NCBI GenBank assembly: GCA_965644295.1
Contig: CBFFRP010000096.1
Span: 1 to 64,000, forward strand
From: Paraphysomonas bandaiensis
Taxonomy: Eukaryota > Protista > Chrysophyceae
DNA length: 64,000 nt
Reading direction: 5' to 3'
The notes under the pieces: model-generated
What the model saw: the letters and a program-made list of their open reading frames with translations, nothing else
Databases searched by the model: none
What the model was told of the DNA's origin: nothing
Program-made: the position numbers and the translations under genes
Shown: positions 51,701 through 63,514 of the stretch, piece by piece
Layout: each line of letters begins with the position of its first letter
Position numbering within the stretch: the stretch's first letter is position 1

Positions 51701-52238
51701 CCCGATGCCATCCGATATAGGATTCGTGACTACTATCGACCACATGCTGTGTGCTTTTAGTGTTACAGGCATCGGACTCCATCTCTATACGCTTCCTTCT
51801 CGCCATCTGTGCCCACTTTGTTTTAAGTTGACTAACAGCTTTTTCATGCGGGCGAGTTATATGTAACACACACGGGACTGTTGACTCAACTTCCGAAAGG
51901 CAGATCGCCTCTGCAGAGGTCACTTCCACTGTATCTGTATCGATGGCCTCCACTGATTCTCTATCACTGTGTACATCTTCATGTATCGACCACTTCCTCG
52001 TCTCGTACCACTCCCCGTCAAGCCTTTTCTCGTCGACATGCTCTGCGGTCTTATCTTTAGATACCACAGCAGCAACAGCGGCATAAGAGCAAGTGTCTGT
52101 TGTGTGTGGTCTGAGTCTGCCAGATGATCGTGTGGCTGGCGTCTCTCCTATGGGGGGATACTCAGACACATACGACAGGTGGCGAACACACTGCTCAGAG
52201 GGAACCCACGCGGGTGCCAATGGGTTCAATGCAGTCAT
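48778..52238 (-). CDS. Ankyrin-repeat + two BTB/POZ domain protein with an N-terminal PAM2-like motif
   Basis: TALNPLAPAWVP; ankyrin repeats (TPLLIACENGHVECVRALL, TPLMAAAGLG, SPMMRACKDG); BTB1 ADVSILCED..CHAFILSLHS, BTB2 CDMTILC..AHKAVVANGSAKF. Confidence 0.88.
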
Positions 52239-52609
52239 AGTTGTACATTGATTATTGCAGGCTTGTGGGTGGAGTGATCCGATCAACTGCAGAGGACAGC
52301 CAGAGTACTGCTGTACATACGGCTACAGAGATCGACAGAGGAATGTACACCGGTACACACACACAGAGGGTTACACCAGGAATCCCTGTAGAATCTGCTC
52401 CACTGTGCTTCTCTAGCATGTACGTATCCACCACTGCACTGGTACGTATTTCACGTATTTTATCTTTGAGCACGTACTACGTAAGCCAAAGTAATACACG
52501 ATACAGTACTATGAGGCGATATGGACACACCTGCATCGAGCACCATCACAACACAATACACTCATATGCTGCCGGTCCTGTGCGTCATGCTCTCATCCTG
52601 AAATACATA

Positions 52610-55600
52610 ATGGAGGGCTCTGAGTTTAAACCTGAAGAGTTAGAGAATGAGCTTGATGAGCTCGATGAGACGCAGAGTACAGAGGACGACAAGCCTGATG
52701 ACTCTTGTTTAGACATCAGTCGCCCTGATGCGGATGAAGTGGCGTCACTCTTTGGTCCGGGTGTAAAGAATGTGTGGAAGTCAAAGAGGAAGGGTCGGGG
52801 GAGGTCAGGACTTACTGCGGGTAAGTTTTATTCTCGTTGACAGCGTCTCTGATAATGTGGCTGCAGGTAAACAGCTGCCATTGGCTGTGTGTGCTTTGTT
52901 GAGCGATGCTCACAGTGCCTATATATGTGGCGATTTTGAGCGTGCGGCTCAGTTGTTTTCAGAAGTGGCCAAGGCAGCCCCGAAGCATCCTGATGCATAC
53001 ATGGCAATGGCTCTCATTTACGAGGAGTCTGGCGATAGTCGTACTGCATTGCAGCTATTCGCCGTCGCTGCTAAATATACTCCGAAAGCACAAGATTTAT
53101 GGCTGAAGGTAGCAGATACAGCTTATAAAATAGGCGAATTGGAACAGGCTCTTGCGGCAATTAACCGTGTCTGCCTTACTGTACGAGAACCTGAGGTGGC
53201 TGCCAAGCGAATCATTTTACTTGTCGAGAACGATGACATTACCCGTGCCGAATCATTCTTGCGCAACTTCCTACGTACATACCCATCGGAATATGCATTT
53301 TTACTTGATTACGGGACGCTATGCTCTCGACGTGGGTTCAGAAGACAGGCCACGCAAGCACTTCTTTCGTGGGCGGAGAAAATCGAGCGAAATGAACATA
53401 GAATGGGAGGTGAAATGGACCAGCAGCAACTGTGCGAAGGACTCATGTTTGCCTGCCGTACTGTGGCGGCGGGCTACCTGTATCATCAGGTGTTATCTTC
53501 TCACGATTTTCCAGCCTCTCCCGACTGTGCGAAACAACTGCGCGAGCTTAGGATGGTGCTGAAGGTAGCACAAGGAGCGGCGCACAACTGCGAAGGCTAC
53601 ACCAATTCATCCGGACAGCTGAGGTTGCCTTTCGATATTTCTCTGGCGCTTTGTGTAGTTGAGTGTGAGAGTGCAATCGAGCAGCAATCAGAAGATGAGC
53701 AGAGTGCACGAACAGCGGTAACGAAGGCGGTACGGATGGTATTTCCTTTGCTGGGGTTACTGCGGGATGAGGAGAGCATAATCAGGGCAGGGATGGCTTC
53801 CAGAGCAGATGACGAAGCTGTAGATGATGATGCGTGGTTGCGCGGTAGTGTGCTCACCAAAGGGGGCCAGGGAGACAAGGAGAATGAAGATACCGTGAAG
53901 ATTACGGATGGGAATACAGGTGGCACTAATCTTTGCTCATGATAGTTCTTTGTTGATTAGATGATAGGGGAAGTGTATGGCGAGGTTCCGGTGCGTGATA
54001 TTGATGACTGGGAATACTTTTTGCTTTGCCGCTCCAGACTCTCTGCGTTATTGGCTCGTATGGGGTTTGTTAGACAGAGTATGTCACTGTCTCGTGAGAT
54101 GTCCAACAGCCCTATGCTATCATCTAAGCTTCTCAGTCCGCGCACCACGGCCGCACTTTTGCTCTCCCACTGCCGTCTACTCCAGGCCCATACTCCGGAC
54201 GATCAACGAGATGACACTTGGTATCAAGAACTCATTTTGATATGCACAAGGACTCTTCAGGCAGACCCAAACGATGTTGATGCATTGCTGCTATTTCATC
54301 AATTATGCGCTGGACACCGATCTGACTTACTGTGTGAGGCTCGTGACATGTTGGCCGTACATTTCTTGGCATTACTTGCTGAGTTTCAAGGAGAGAAGTC
54401 ATCGTCAACAGCCCTCAGATCAGCCAGGAGAGTGGAGGGTGCGACTTCAGGGACTGAGGGTGTCTTCCCCCCCATCAACTTGATGCAGTGTGTCAGGGAT
54501 ATGTTCGACGTGGCAGGAGGGGATACAGGTGAATTGGAAAGGGAGGACAGAGAAGTCGGTGAGACAGAGGACGAGGGGCGTGTACACCCAGAGGATGATG
54601 CTGAAAGTAATTACGGTGAGGATGTGGGAGAGGAACAACATGTGGAGGGACCGGGTGGAGGAGATAGTGGTAGAACTTTGACTCAAGATGAGATGGTAAA
54701 GGAGCTCCGCGCAATTTTGTATTGGGCTAAAGTTGCCCGAGAGGAGAATGGAGACACGACTAGTTTTTGCTGTGTAGTGTTGCCGATTTTGGAAGCGTAC
54801 AACAATCAACGACGTAATGGTCGGCAGCGACAGAAACAGAGGCCGGTCTCGTTGTCACTCATGTGGTCGGAGCAGTCGGTGGTGGATTACCAAGTACCGC
54901 GATGGCTTGGCGACACGCAGGGATATATGGCTCGTATGGTCTTCGCTCTTGCTCAACACACTCGCCGATTAAGAGATGTTGCGAGTGAAGAACACGTGAT
55001 TTTTATGGCTAGAGAAATAGCCAATGACTTATCCATCTCCGGAGACCCGGAGGCAGAACAACTGTGCGTCCGAGTAACGACCGCGTTGCGGGAATTAGGA
55101 AGTGACAGGACAGCGGAGCAACATATGCAGTCCAGCTTGGGATACGACGAAGCTTTTCCGACTAGTGGATCCCGATCTAAGCGGCGCAGAGATTGGGAGT
55201 TTGATGATGACGATTATGAAAGTATCCCCGACCTTCTAAAAGAATTTGTTGATGATGTAAGCAACATGAGTTCGTCTGCCGGAAAATTGGCGTGGACTGT
55301 TATGAGAGATCCGTTTGATATAGACGCAGCAAACTTGTTGTGTCAGGAGCTTAGGAATTGCACCAGTTCTCTAATTTTTGAAAATGTTTTCCCAACGGCA
55401 GCCTTCGTACGGTAATGCTATTTCTCATCCCGGAATGTGTTTAATGTGTTGCTATCGTTCTTTATTTTAGGCACTATCCTGATTCAGCAATAGGATGGTT
55501 GCTATCCGGCCATGATGGTGTCTTGAAGTGCAATAATACGCAAGTGTTAGATGCATATCTACGTGCTTTCGTTGTGGACCCTCACCAGCCCCTCACCTCC

Positions 55601-56002
55601 CTATGTTTGCTGTCCTCCCTGATATACGTTTCTACACATTCGCAAATTAAGAATAAACAGGAGACGTGTGCCAAGGCTCTATTATTCTTTAGTCATTACG
55701 CCAAACTTCGCCTTCGCAGTCAGGAGGCAAATGGTGACTCTGCAGAGCAATACATACACCTGTGTTGCATGCAAGAAGTGTATTACAACCTCGCCACGAT
55801 GTATAGAGATATTAGACTGAATCATCTGGCCGAGAACATGCTAATTCGAGCTCTGAAGGTTTGTGACGGTAGATGTGAAACAGATAATGAACTTCCTTTA
55901 ACGAAAGTTGCGGCATTCAATCTCGTAACATTATATAAGTGTTCTGGCAATCTTAGTCTAGCTTATGACGTTATGAAAAAATACCTGAACCTCGATATGT
56001 AG
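52610..56002 (+). CDS. GTF3C3: TFIIIC subunit 3 (Tau131/Tfc4), TPR protein; multi-exon
   Basis: LLSDAHSAYICGDFERA..EVAKAAPKHPDAYMAMALIYEE; C-terminal YLRAFVVDPHQPL..L and QEVYYNLATMY..L.HLA...AAFNLVTLYK.SGN..LA..VMKKYL typical of the Tfc4 C-terminus. Confidence 0.85.
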
Positions 56003-56218
56003 TGTTTTAAGCTGATGGAATACTATGTGATATAGTGTAATTTGTATAGAAGCCCTTATGTGGCAGAGTATTTTCATGATAAAATGAGTCCTTTATTTAG
56101 GTCTGGTATTTTCTCATATCTAGTAATATCTTGACAGTTTCTTTTTATATATTGATTTCCCTAATTATTGGAGGTTTTAACGTTTTAACCAATCGACTGA
56201 ACTATATTTTAACAAAAC

Positions 56219-57061
56219 CAGGGATAGGGAACAATATATTGTATTGCAATATATTGTACAATATATTGCAATATATTGTAAAATATATTGATTGGTGGAC
56301 TGGTCAAATATTCCATCAATAGTGTTTCTGTTAATAGAGCTCACAATACTATTGCAATATATTGCAATCAATATTATGATAGTCATATAAGAGAAGATCC
56401 TCAACTGTATGGTGCAAAATATACGCCTCTGTATACAAATATCCGGAAAATAAGAAAAAAAGCCTATTTTTGATGTTATTTTCTATTTTTTATGTATCGC
56501 CAGCTCAAACAGCACTCTACACCTCTCCACATGTATGTACAGTACTTCTCTTAATATAGTATATATATCCTATAGTGACAAGAAGAGACAACTGAATGAT
56601 GAGTGCATACAAGAGTAGGGACATTTACCGCTGTTTTTGGAGTCCGGTCGAAGGTGTCCCGAACAAACACGAGTGTAAAATCTGCGGACGTAAACGACAA
56701 CAGAATATTCGGAATGGATACAACAATCTAAAGGATCACACTTTCTCTCATGATGTGTGGGAGGAGACATTGAAGAGGTATTTACGGGCTGTCTGCACCA
56801 ATGGTCCCATGGATGCTTTTGTTCTGCAGCCTTCAGACAAAATCAAGTGACCTTAGACCTTATAAAATATGGCAAGTACTAAAAATGAAAACTACGGATG
56901 TGTTTACTTACTGATTAGTCATACTAATATATTGCAATATATTGTACAATATATTGCAATATATTGCAATAGTATTGTAGGGCCGGTTTAAAAAATCCAT
57001 CAATACTATTGATGGAACGCTACCTAACAATAGTATTGCAATATATTGTTCCCTATCCCTG
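56219..57061 (+). mobile_element. Non-autonomous hAT element (843 bp) with 23-bp TIRs, 8-bp TSD and an internal BED-finger fragment
   Basis: TIR CAGGGATAGGGAACAATATATTG ... CAATATATTGTTCCCTATCCCTG; TSD AACAAAAC at 56211-56218 and 57062-57069; ORF 56596-56850 HECKICG...GYNNLKDHTFSH; CAATATATTG subterminal repeats. Confidence 0.95.
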
Positions 57062-57069
57062 AACAAAAC

Positions 57070-57106
57070 AATATATTGCAATATAATATATTGGACCCTA
57101 GCCCTG
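57070..57106 (-). mobile_element. Orphan terminus of a related hAT element
   Basis: Reads CAGGGCTAGGGTCCAATATATTATATTGCAATATATT on the minus strand. Confidence 0.7.
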
Positions 57107-57302
57107 TCCTCAACATATATATCACCAAGAGGAAGATTAAATTTTCTCCGGGCACGACTCGGGAGTAATTGAGCACTAGAGCACATTGCTTTAGGTAAAG
57201 AAATTTCGCATAAAACCCAAACGACAAAAAACACAGAACCAATAACATACGGATGTATCACTAAATTATTAATATATTGTCATTGTAAACTCAAAATATT
57301 TA

Positions 57303-57782
57303 TTATATTCCAGCAATATATTCCTCTAGCTTCTTTTCAAACAGAGGACATGAAATTACTTGATTCGGCTGGTGGCGATAGAGCGGGTTACGAATTACAC
57401 ACTCCACAAATATACTACTGTATATATGCTGCAAATTATGATATAAATCTAATACGGCAATAAAAATAAATAATTAGTTGGCATAAAAGCAAAATAACAG
57501 GAAAGTACCTTGCGAGCCTGGATCAGAGTTCATAACAAACGTCATTCCAGTGATGCTCTCGAAATGATGTAGTGTATATGAGTTCGTTTTAATTACATGA
57601 AGACCCTCTGTGCCAACAGATGGGGCCATCTTATTCGTTAAATCCTTCAACGAATAAATCATTCCAAACATGAGTCTTTTCTCTTCGTCTGGATCATCTT
57701 TCAGAGTGTTCATCGGTCGACTCCACTCCTTATAGAAAAGACACTCACCTTTCCTATCATATATATATAAATTGTAAATCAT
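57303..57782 (-). CDS. TRAPPC1: Trafficking protein particle complex subunit 1 (Bet5); two exons
   Basis: MIYNLYIYDRKGECLFYKEW, EEKRLMFGMIYSLK, YTLHHFESITG..FVMNSD; exon 2 LQHIYSSIFVECVIRNPLY. Confidence 0.95.
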
Positions 57783-58316
57783 TACTTGTAGTTCGGTGAT
57801 GCGATAATTGTTATCAATCAGAAGTGTTAGATAAGGGTGCTATGCAGTGATTATGACTCGGCGATGTGGTTAAGACAAGAGCACTCAGCACAGAGCATCC
57901 AAACAGGAGCAGATATACACTGCCGTACAGAGCGCAGTATAATACTCTGTATTCTGCAGTATACGGTGTGCTGTAGTTTGGACCCTTGCCTGCGGTTGGG
58001 TGATGAAATTTTAATCCCCAGAGAGCACCAACGTCAGTGTGCTGCTGCTGATGATGTGTACAGAGATTATATATAATCGATACAGTTGTGTTTGTATTGC
58101 AGCGTGGTGTAGTGAGCCGTACGCTGAAGTATATTCTCATCAAACACCCGAATATTAGCCACCACTTCACTTCACTTCACATCACAGGTGTCACACTTCA
58201 GTCAGTGTTGTTATCTGTGTGTGTCTATTAGCATCTGCTGTATCCTGTATAGGCATTGTGTTACTATCCTTATAGTTTATGTTAAGTATGTCTACTAATT
58301 GATGGCTGATTAACAT

Positions 58317-61300
58317 ATGAAGAAACCTCTACAACACGATAGTGGTCGTCCTGCCGCTAGCGGTGTGGGTGTTGCTGAATCTCAGAGCAGCAGCAGTGGT
58401 TATGGTTTTTCAATGATGTCATTGAGCGGTCTGCTGGCCTCCTCTCAGGATACCTCCAACACCACTAACGGCTCCGTGAGCACTAACGGGAGGGCGAATG
58501 GGCACTCCGCTAAGACAGGTAGTGTGTGTTTGTGTGCATGTGTCGGTCTCACTCTCTCTGTAGCATCAAGCAGACAGTCAGTGTCGAATGGGTCCATGAG
58601 CATCGTGGGGGCCTTCAGTGGCGTCAAGAACATGATGAACGGCCTGTCCAACTCAACTCGAGATGTCAACCCCCAACACCAAAAACATGCAAAGTCAGTA
58701 TCATTTGCAATGCAGAAATTCAGGTACATATAATAAGGATGTACTCCATAGTTGTAACGTGTTCAACAGAATTCAAACCCCTATATCTCACCTTGGACTC
58801 GTTTTAACATACAGCGACTCGTTGCTCTCTCCAGTCATGAATACCGATTATTCCTTTTCCTGGCTTCGTGTATCCGGCGTCGGTGATTCAGCAGTGTGCA
58901 CCCCATTATCAACCCCTAATCTGACCCCTCGTAACGCCTGGTATCCGCCAAGTGCAGATGATATAGGGTGTGTGATACGCATGAGGTGTTCTGATACTCA
59001 TGGTTACGGCCTGTGTCGGGAGGTAGACTCTGGAGTTCTACAGGTTGATCCTATTGTGGCTTCAAAGGTTGAAGAAGCTGTCAGCAAGGATCGCATCGTA
59101 GCCAAGGTAGTTATTAGCTCACCATCTGGAGAAAATTCGGTGACTGGATCATCCCCATCATCAGTGCGTAGCCGAGCTGCTGTTGCACGAACCATGTCTG
59201 TTGATGGCTCAGATTTACCTGTACTTCCGGTGCACGAATTTGAAGTTGGAGGAAGCATAGAAGTAGGATCAAAGGGAGTGCTACTCTGTGAGAAAGGGGT
59301 AGAGTATGGAGGCCTTCGCCTCAAGCCCTCGAGTAATATCCAGGTCGTGTGCTGCCAGCCGGCATCATTCCTCCTGCGCGTACCAGTGTATTTGGCGGAG
59401 GGATCTCCCGGCGTCTTTTGGATGGGGACGGAAGAGGGCGAGATGTGCGACGCTCTTTACGATACCGTGTGCCCTGCGACGGAGGTGGGCAGCAACCAAG
59501 GGCCCTCTCAGAACGATGGAAGTAAGGCTGCCGCGGGATCACTGCCGTCCTCGTCCTGTGATGACATGCAGGCCGAAGCAGACATTCGCCCGGAAGTGCA
59601 AGACAGGAAGCAAGGCGTGGTTGAACTTCTTGTGAGTTGTCGCGACCGCACTATCCGGGATAGCATGGTGCTCTGCATACGCAGCATGGCCGCGACACCA
59701 GGCGGGGAGGTGTGCTTAACCGGGGTAGAGAAACCACAGGAGGAAGCGATTGCTCGCCGACTTAACGTTCTGCCATGGCGGCGAAATCCAGCATTACTTC
59801 ACGGCGAGCCGAAAAGTTCGAGTGATATGGAGGCGGCATATCAACATGCAACAATGGAAGTGGATCGATTGACACACGAGAATATGATGCTCAAGCAAGA
59901 GCTACAGAACCGGGCTGTGCAACGTACCCCCACGGAAATATCGAGTAGTGGGTGTTCTGGACTGTGTAAAGAAGTAGTTGCACGACTGGAACAGGAAAAC
60001 CAGACGTTAGTTACGGAGAGATCTGAATTGCAGAGTCGGCTAGAGATGCTAGCTGAAGACAGAAATTTTGTGGGTAAAGATGAGAAATCATCGCTAATTA
60101 CCGACGTTAAGGCGGTAGCTGAGATGCAGGACGAACTACAGCACCTGCGCTCCCAATGCACGACCCTAACCAGCAGACTAGAGGAGTCATCGTGCACAGT
60201 CCTGGCTTTACAGCAAAGGCTGACAGACGCATGCATATCTGCGCCCACTTCGAGAGAAGTCAGTCAGGACCAAATGGTGTTCCCTGTGTATGAAGCGTCT
60301 TCAGGCGAAATGGTGGTCACTAGTCCTGTCCGCAGTGTGTCCAGCGATGGTGATGAGACATCTGTCACTCCCCCTGCGTGCACCGATGTTCCTGTGAAGT
60401 CAGGCCAAAGTTGTGGCGAAAACGTTACTGTAGATATGGATGCGGAGGATGCCGCACGCTTACAGGAGTGCCTGGCCTCCCTTCGTCATGACTATGGAAA
60501 TAAAGAGGACAGTGAAAAGGGGAGAAAGGAGGCAGATGAGGCAGTGCGTGCAATCCAAGCGTTACTTCAGCACATGTGCTACGAGAGAATTCGATTCTTA
60601 CAGACGAATGCTGACCCGATTGATGTACCGTGCAGCACGGATGGAGACAAGCGTGAGCAGAGCGAGTGCACAGTGGAAAGGGGTGTGCACAGTACGGCGA
60701 GCGAAGAGGCTCTGGTGCACTCTCTACAAGCTATTTTGGAGGAAATAATGGGATCCAGCCACGAGACTGAGATTGGCAGCGCCAGCACGGACTCTGCAGC
60801 AAACTCAGAAGACGAGGAAGGTGGACAAGAGCATAACTGCAGTCAGGGTCAGGTGGATAAACTGGTGGAAGCAGTGCGGACCAGAGTATCGCAGCTCTGT
60901 AAGCAGAGGTCACAGATATGTGGCAGCGCGATTGGCAGTCGTAGAAAAAATAATGAATCTGCCAATGATGCCACGAATAGCGTAGCAGATGAATTGGGAA
61001 GCACTTTAGAGAAGTGTCACCGACTACAGAGACAGCTGGATGGGGCAGAAAATGTCAAGCGGAAGGCGATCCAGAAATGTGAGGAACAGATATCAATTCT
61101 ACGTGAGAATCTTGCTGCCAAAGAAAAAGAGGCAGAGGGAGCTCGTGCAGAGGCGGATGAAGCGAACTCCAAGATACAGGAGCAGGAAGCGGCGATAGAG
61201 TCTTTTAGAGTGTCGTATTCGAAGCTCCAGGGCGTGGTATCGACCTTCAAAGAGAAGTACTCCGCACTTGCTTCCGAGGCTGAGCGCACCAAAGCTGCGC

Positions 61301-62652
61301 TGGCCGAAAAAACAGCTACCACGGAAAAATTAGAGAGTGTGGTGTTAAAGTCATCCGATGAGTGCACTCGACTGAAAGCAGCCCTCGCGGAGGCGAATAA
61401 GTCGGTGGATGCACTTTCCAGGACGAAGAGTGACATGGATGCATTGTCAGTGCGGCTGGCTGAGGAGAAACAGGCCGCCCTTGCAGCCAAGCAGAACTCG
61501 TCCAAAGAGATTCGCGACCTGACAGCCCGTAATTCTGAGCTGTCAGCACAGCTTTCAAAGTCGAAAGAGCGGACAGACGCTCTGGAGAGTCGACTGAGCT
61601 CACTGCAGGCAGAAACATTAAATCTGAGCGACGCTAGACAGCAGCTATCTAAACAAATGTCATCATACGAGGCCCTTCGGAGTCAGATTGTTCAAATGAG
61701 GGGCCAGTTGGTAGAGGCTGATCAAGAGGCTCAGGCATCGAGGGCGTTGCTTACTGAGGGCAATGCGGAAATAGAGCGATTACGCAAGGCTAATAGTGAC
61801 AGCAGCGTCGAAATCGCGTCTCTCAAGAAGACTTTGGAGAAGAAGTCTGCACGAGTCGCTGATCTGAAAGGTAGAATGGAGGTGTTGGAGCAAGAACATA
61901 GAGCGGTGGAAAAGGATAGAAACAGTCTTCGGAAAGAAAATAATAAGCTTCGGGGATCTGTGAGGAGCCTGACGGAAGACAGGTTGGCGCTAGAGAAGCT
62001 TCAGCCACTCTATGACCAACAACTCGAACTTCTTGCAGCCAAGCATTCCCGATCATCAGAGTTGGAGAATGCGCTATCACGAATGACGAATTTGCAGAAC
62101 CGATATATTCTTAATATAGTATCACTTGAATTGCAGTGCGGAATACTTCACAGACGGTGTGAAAACCTCCTATTACAAAGTAACAGGAGTGGGATGTGCA
62201 TGGAAGATGCCTGTTGTAGATATGCTTCTCTCTGTGACCGTTTCAATAGTAGCTGCCTTACTATATCGCAGCTGACAGAGGATTTGAGAGTAGCACGTAC
62301 AGCTGAACCGTTTGCAGTGAAAAAATTAAACTTCATGCTATCGAGACTTCTGGGAGAGAAAAATCATTACGAAAACAAGGTAATGTGCACTTTACATCTA
62401 AGTTTGTCTCATTTTTGGATAGGCTAAATCACTCTCGAAGGACTTACAGCGCAAACTGCTAGCAGGTACGCCTCTACAGAGGGAGTTAGGTCGCGTGTCA
62501 CAGCGATTAGAAGAGGTGCTGTTTGTATGGATATTATCTCCATTTTCTAAGTGCTAGTGCAGGTCGAAAATGAGAGAAATGCTTATCGCGACGCGATGGT
62601 TCTTGCGTGTGAAACGTACGGTGTCAAGAGTGAAAACCAGTCCTGGTTTTAG
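58317..62652 (+). CDS. Large coiled-coil protein with N-terminal Ig-like and PH-like segments; multi-exon
   Basis: FSWLRV...WYPPSADDIGCVIRMRC (Ig-like), LLVSCRDRTIRDSMVLCIR (PH-type C-terminal helix), several hundred residues of heptad-rich sequence. Confidence 0.7.
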
Positions 62653-62920
62653 ATTGCTGTAATTTCATGTTTGTAAAAAGTATAATTGCAATTTGTAATT
62701 AATGGAATGTAATAAATATATATAGCTAACTTTGGTAGCTTATGTATACTTAAACGACAAAATGAGCATCTATGCTACAAATAACAAGTATTAATGGGAT
62801 TCACCAGAGTAGTATAGCTATAATATTGTACCACCATCATCTGCATTGATTTACCTATATGCACGTACCATATATATATATTGAACAAGCACCGAAAGAG
62901 TAAAAGTTTGTCCATATTCA

Positions 62921-63243
62921 ATAGTGAATGTTTGCTTACTGCTTATAAGCAAAGGCGTGTAAGAGTCACAACCAATATGTAGCAAACCAATATATCTAAC
63001 TAGTGCTTAACTCTGATATCTGATATCCTACTATTTAGCGCTATGAAAGCTGCTTGTGCGTTGTGCGTCACCGCAAGCACCAAGGTGCAACCACTTTCGC
63101 TCTCTGTTAAGGTTAACTAGCCCGAATGCTTGACTTCAGTAGGAAACTCAATGCACAGGATGCCTTTGAGGTGGGCCCATTTCCGAAAGTCTGTTTATTT
63201 GGCAAGGCTCAATGACGTCTACACTAGCATTTGGCTATGAGTG
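62921..63243 (+). repeat. Dispersed repeat family A copy (internally deleted)
   Basis: GGCGTGTAAGAGTCACAAC, TAGTGCTTAACTCTGATATC, ATGCTTGACTTCAG, GCATTTGGCTATGAGTG. Confidence 0.88.
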
Positions 63244-63514
63244 ACTGTAAGCTGGTAACTATATCATGCATAATGCAGGCTACATATACTACATAACACA
63301 TCAGCCAAGTATTTTAGCTTTTTCAATCACGTCAGAGCTTGAGATGCGTTGTTTAGATCAATAAAATTCAAACTTCTACACAACAGCTGAAGTAGCAACC
63401 AAACACAAAGTAATGTGACCCCAGTTGTGCAAAAACCACATATTTTTTAATTGTACTACTCAAAAAAGTATTTGTGTGACAAAGCAAAACATGTAACCAA
63501 TAAGAGCATACAAC

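Noticed and set aside
56219-57106. CAATATATTG arrays as a possible CRISPR-like repeat
   Set aside because: They are hAT subterminal repeats inside TIRs; no regular spacers, no cas genes, eukaryotic context
13711-62652. Apparent stops/frameshifts between adjacent ORFs suggesting pseudogenes or an alternative genetic code
   Set aside because: In the junctions checked they are explained by ~45-60 bp GT-AG introns under the standard code
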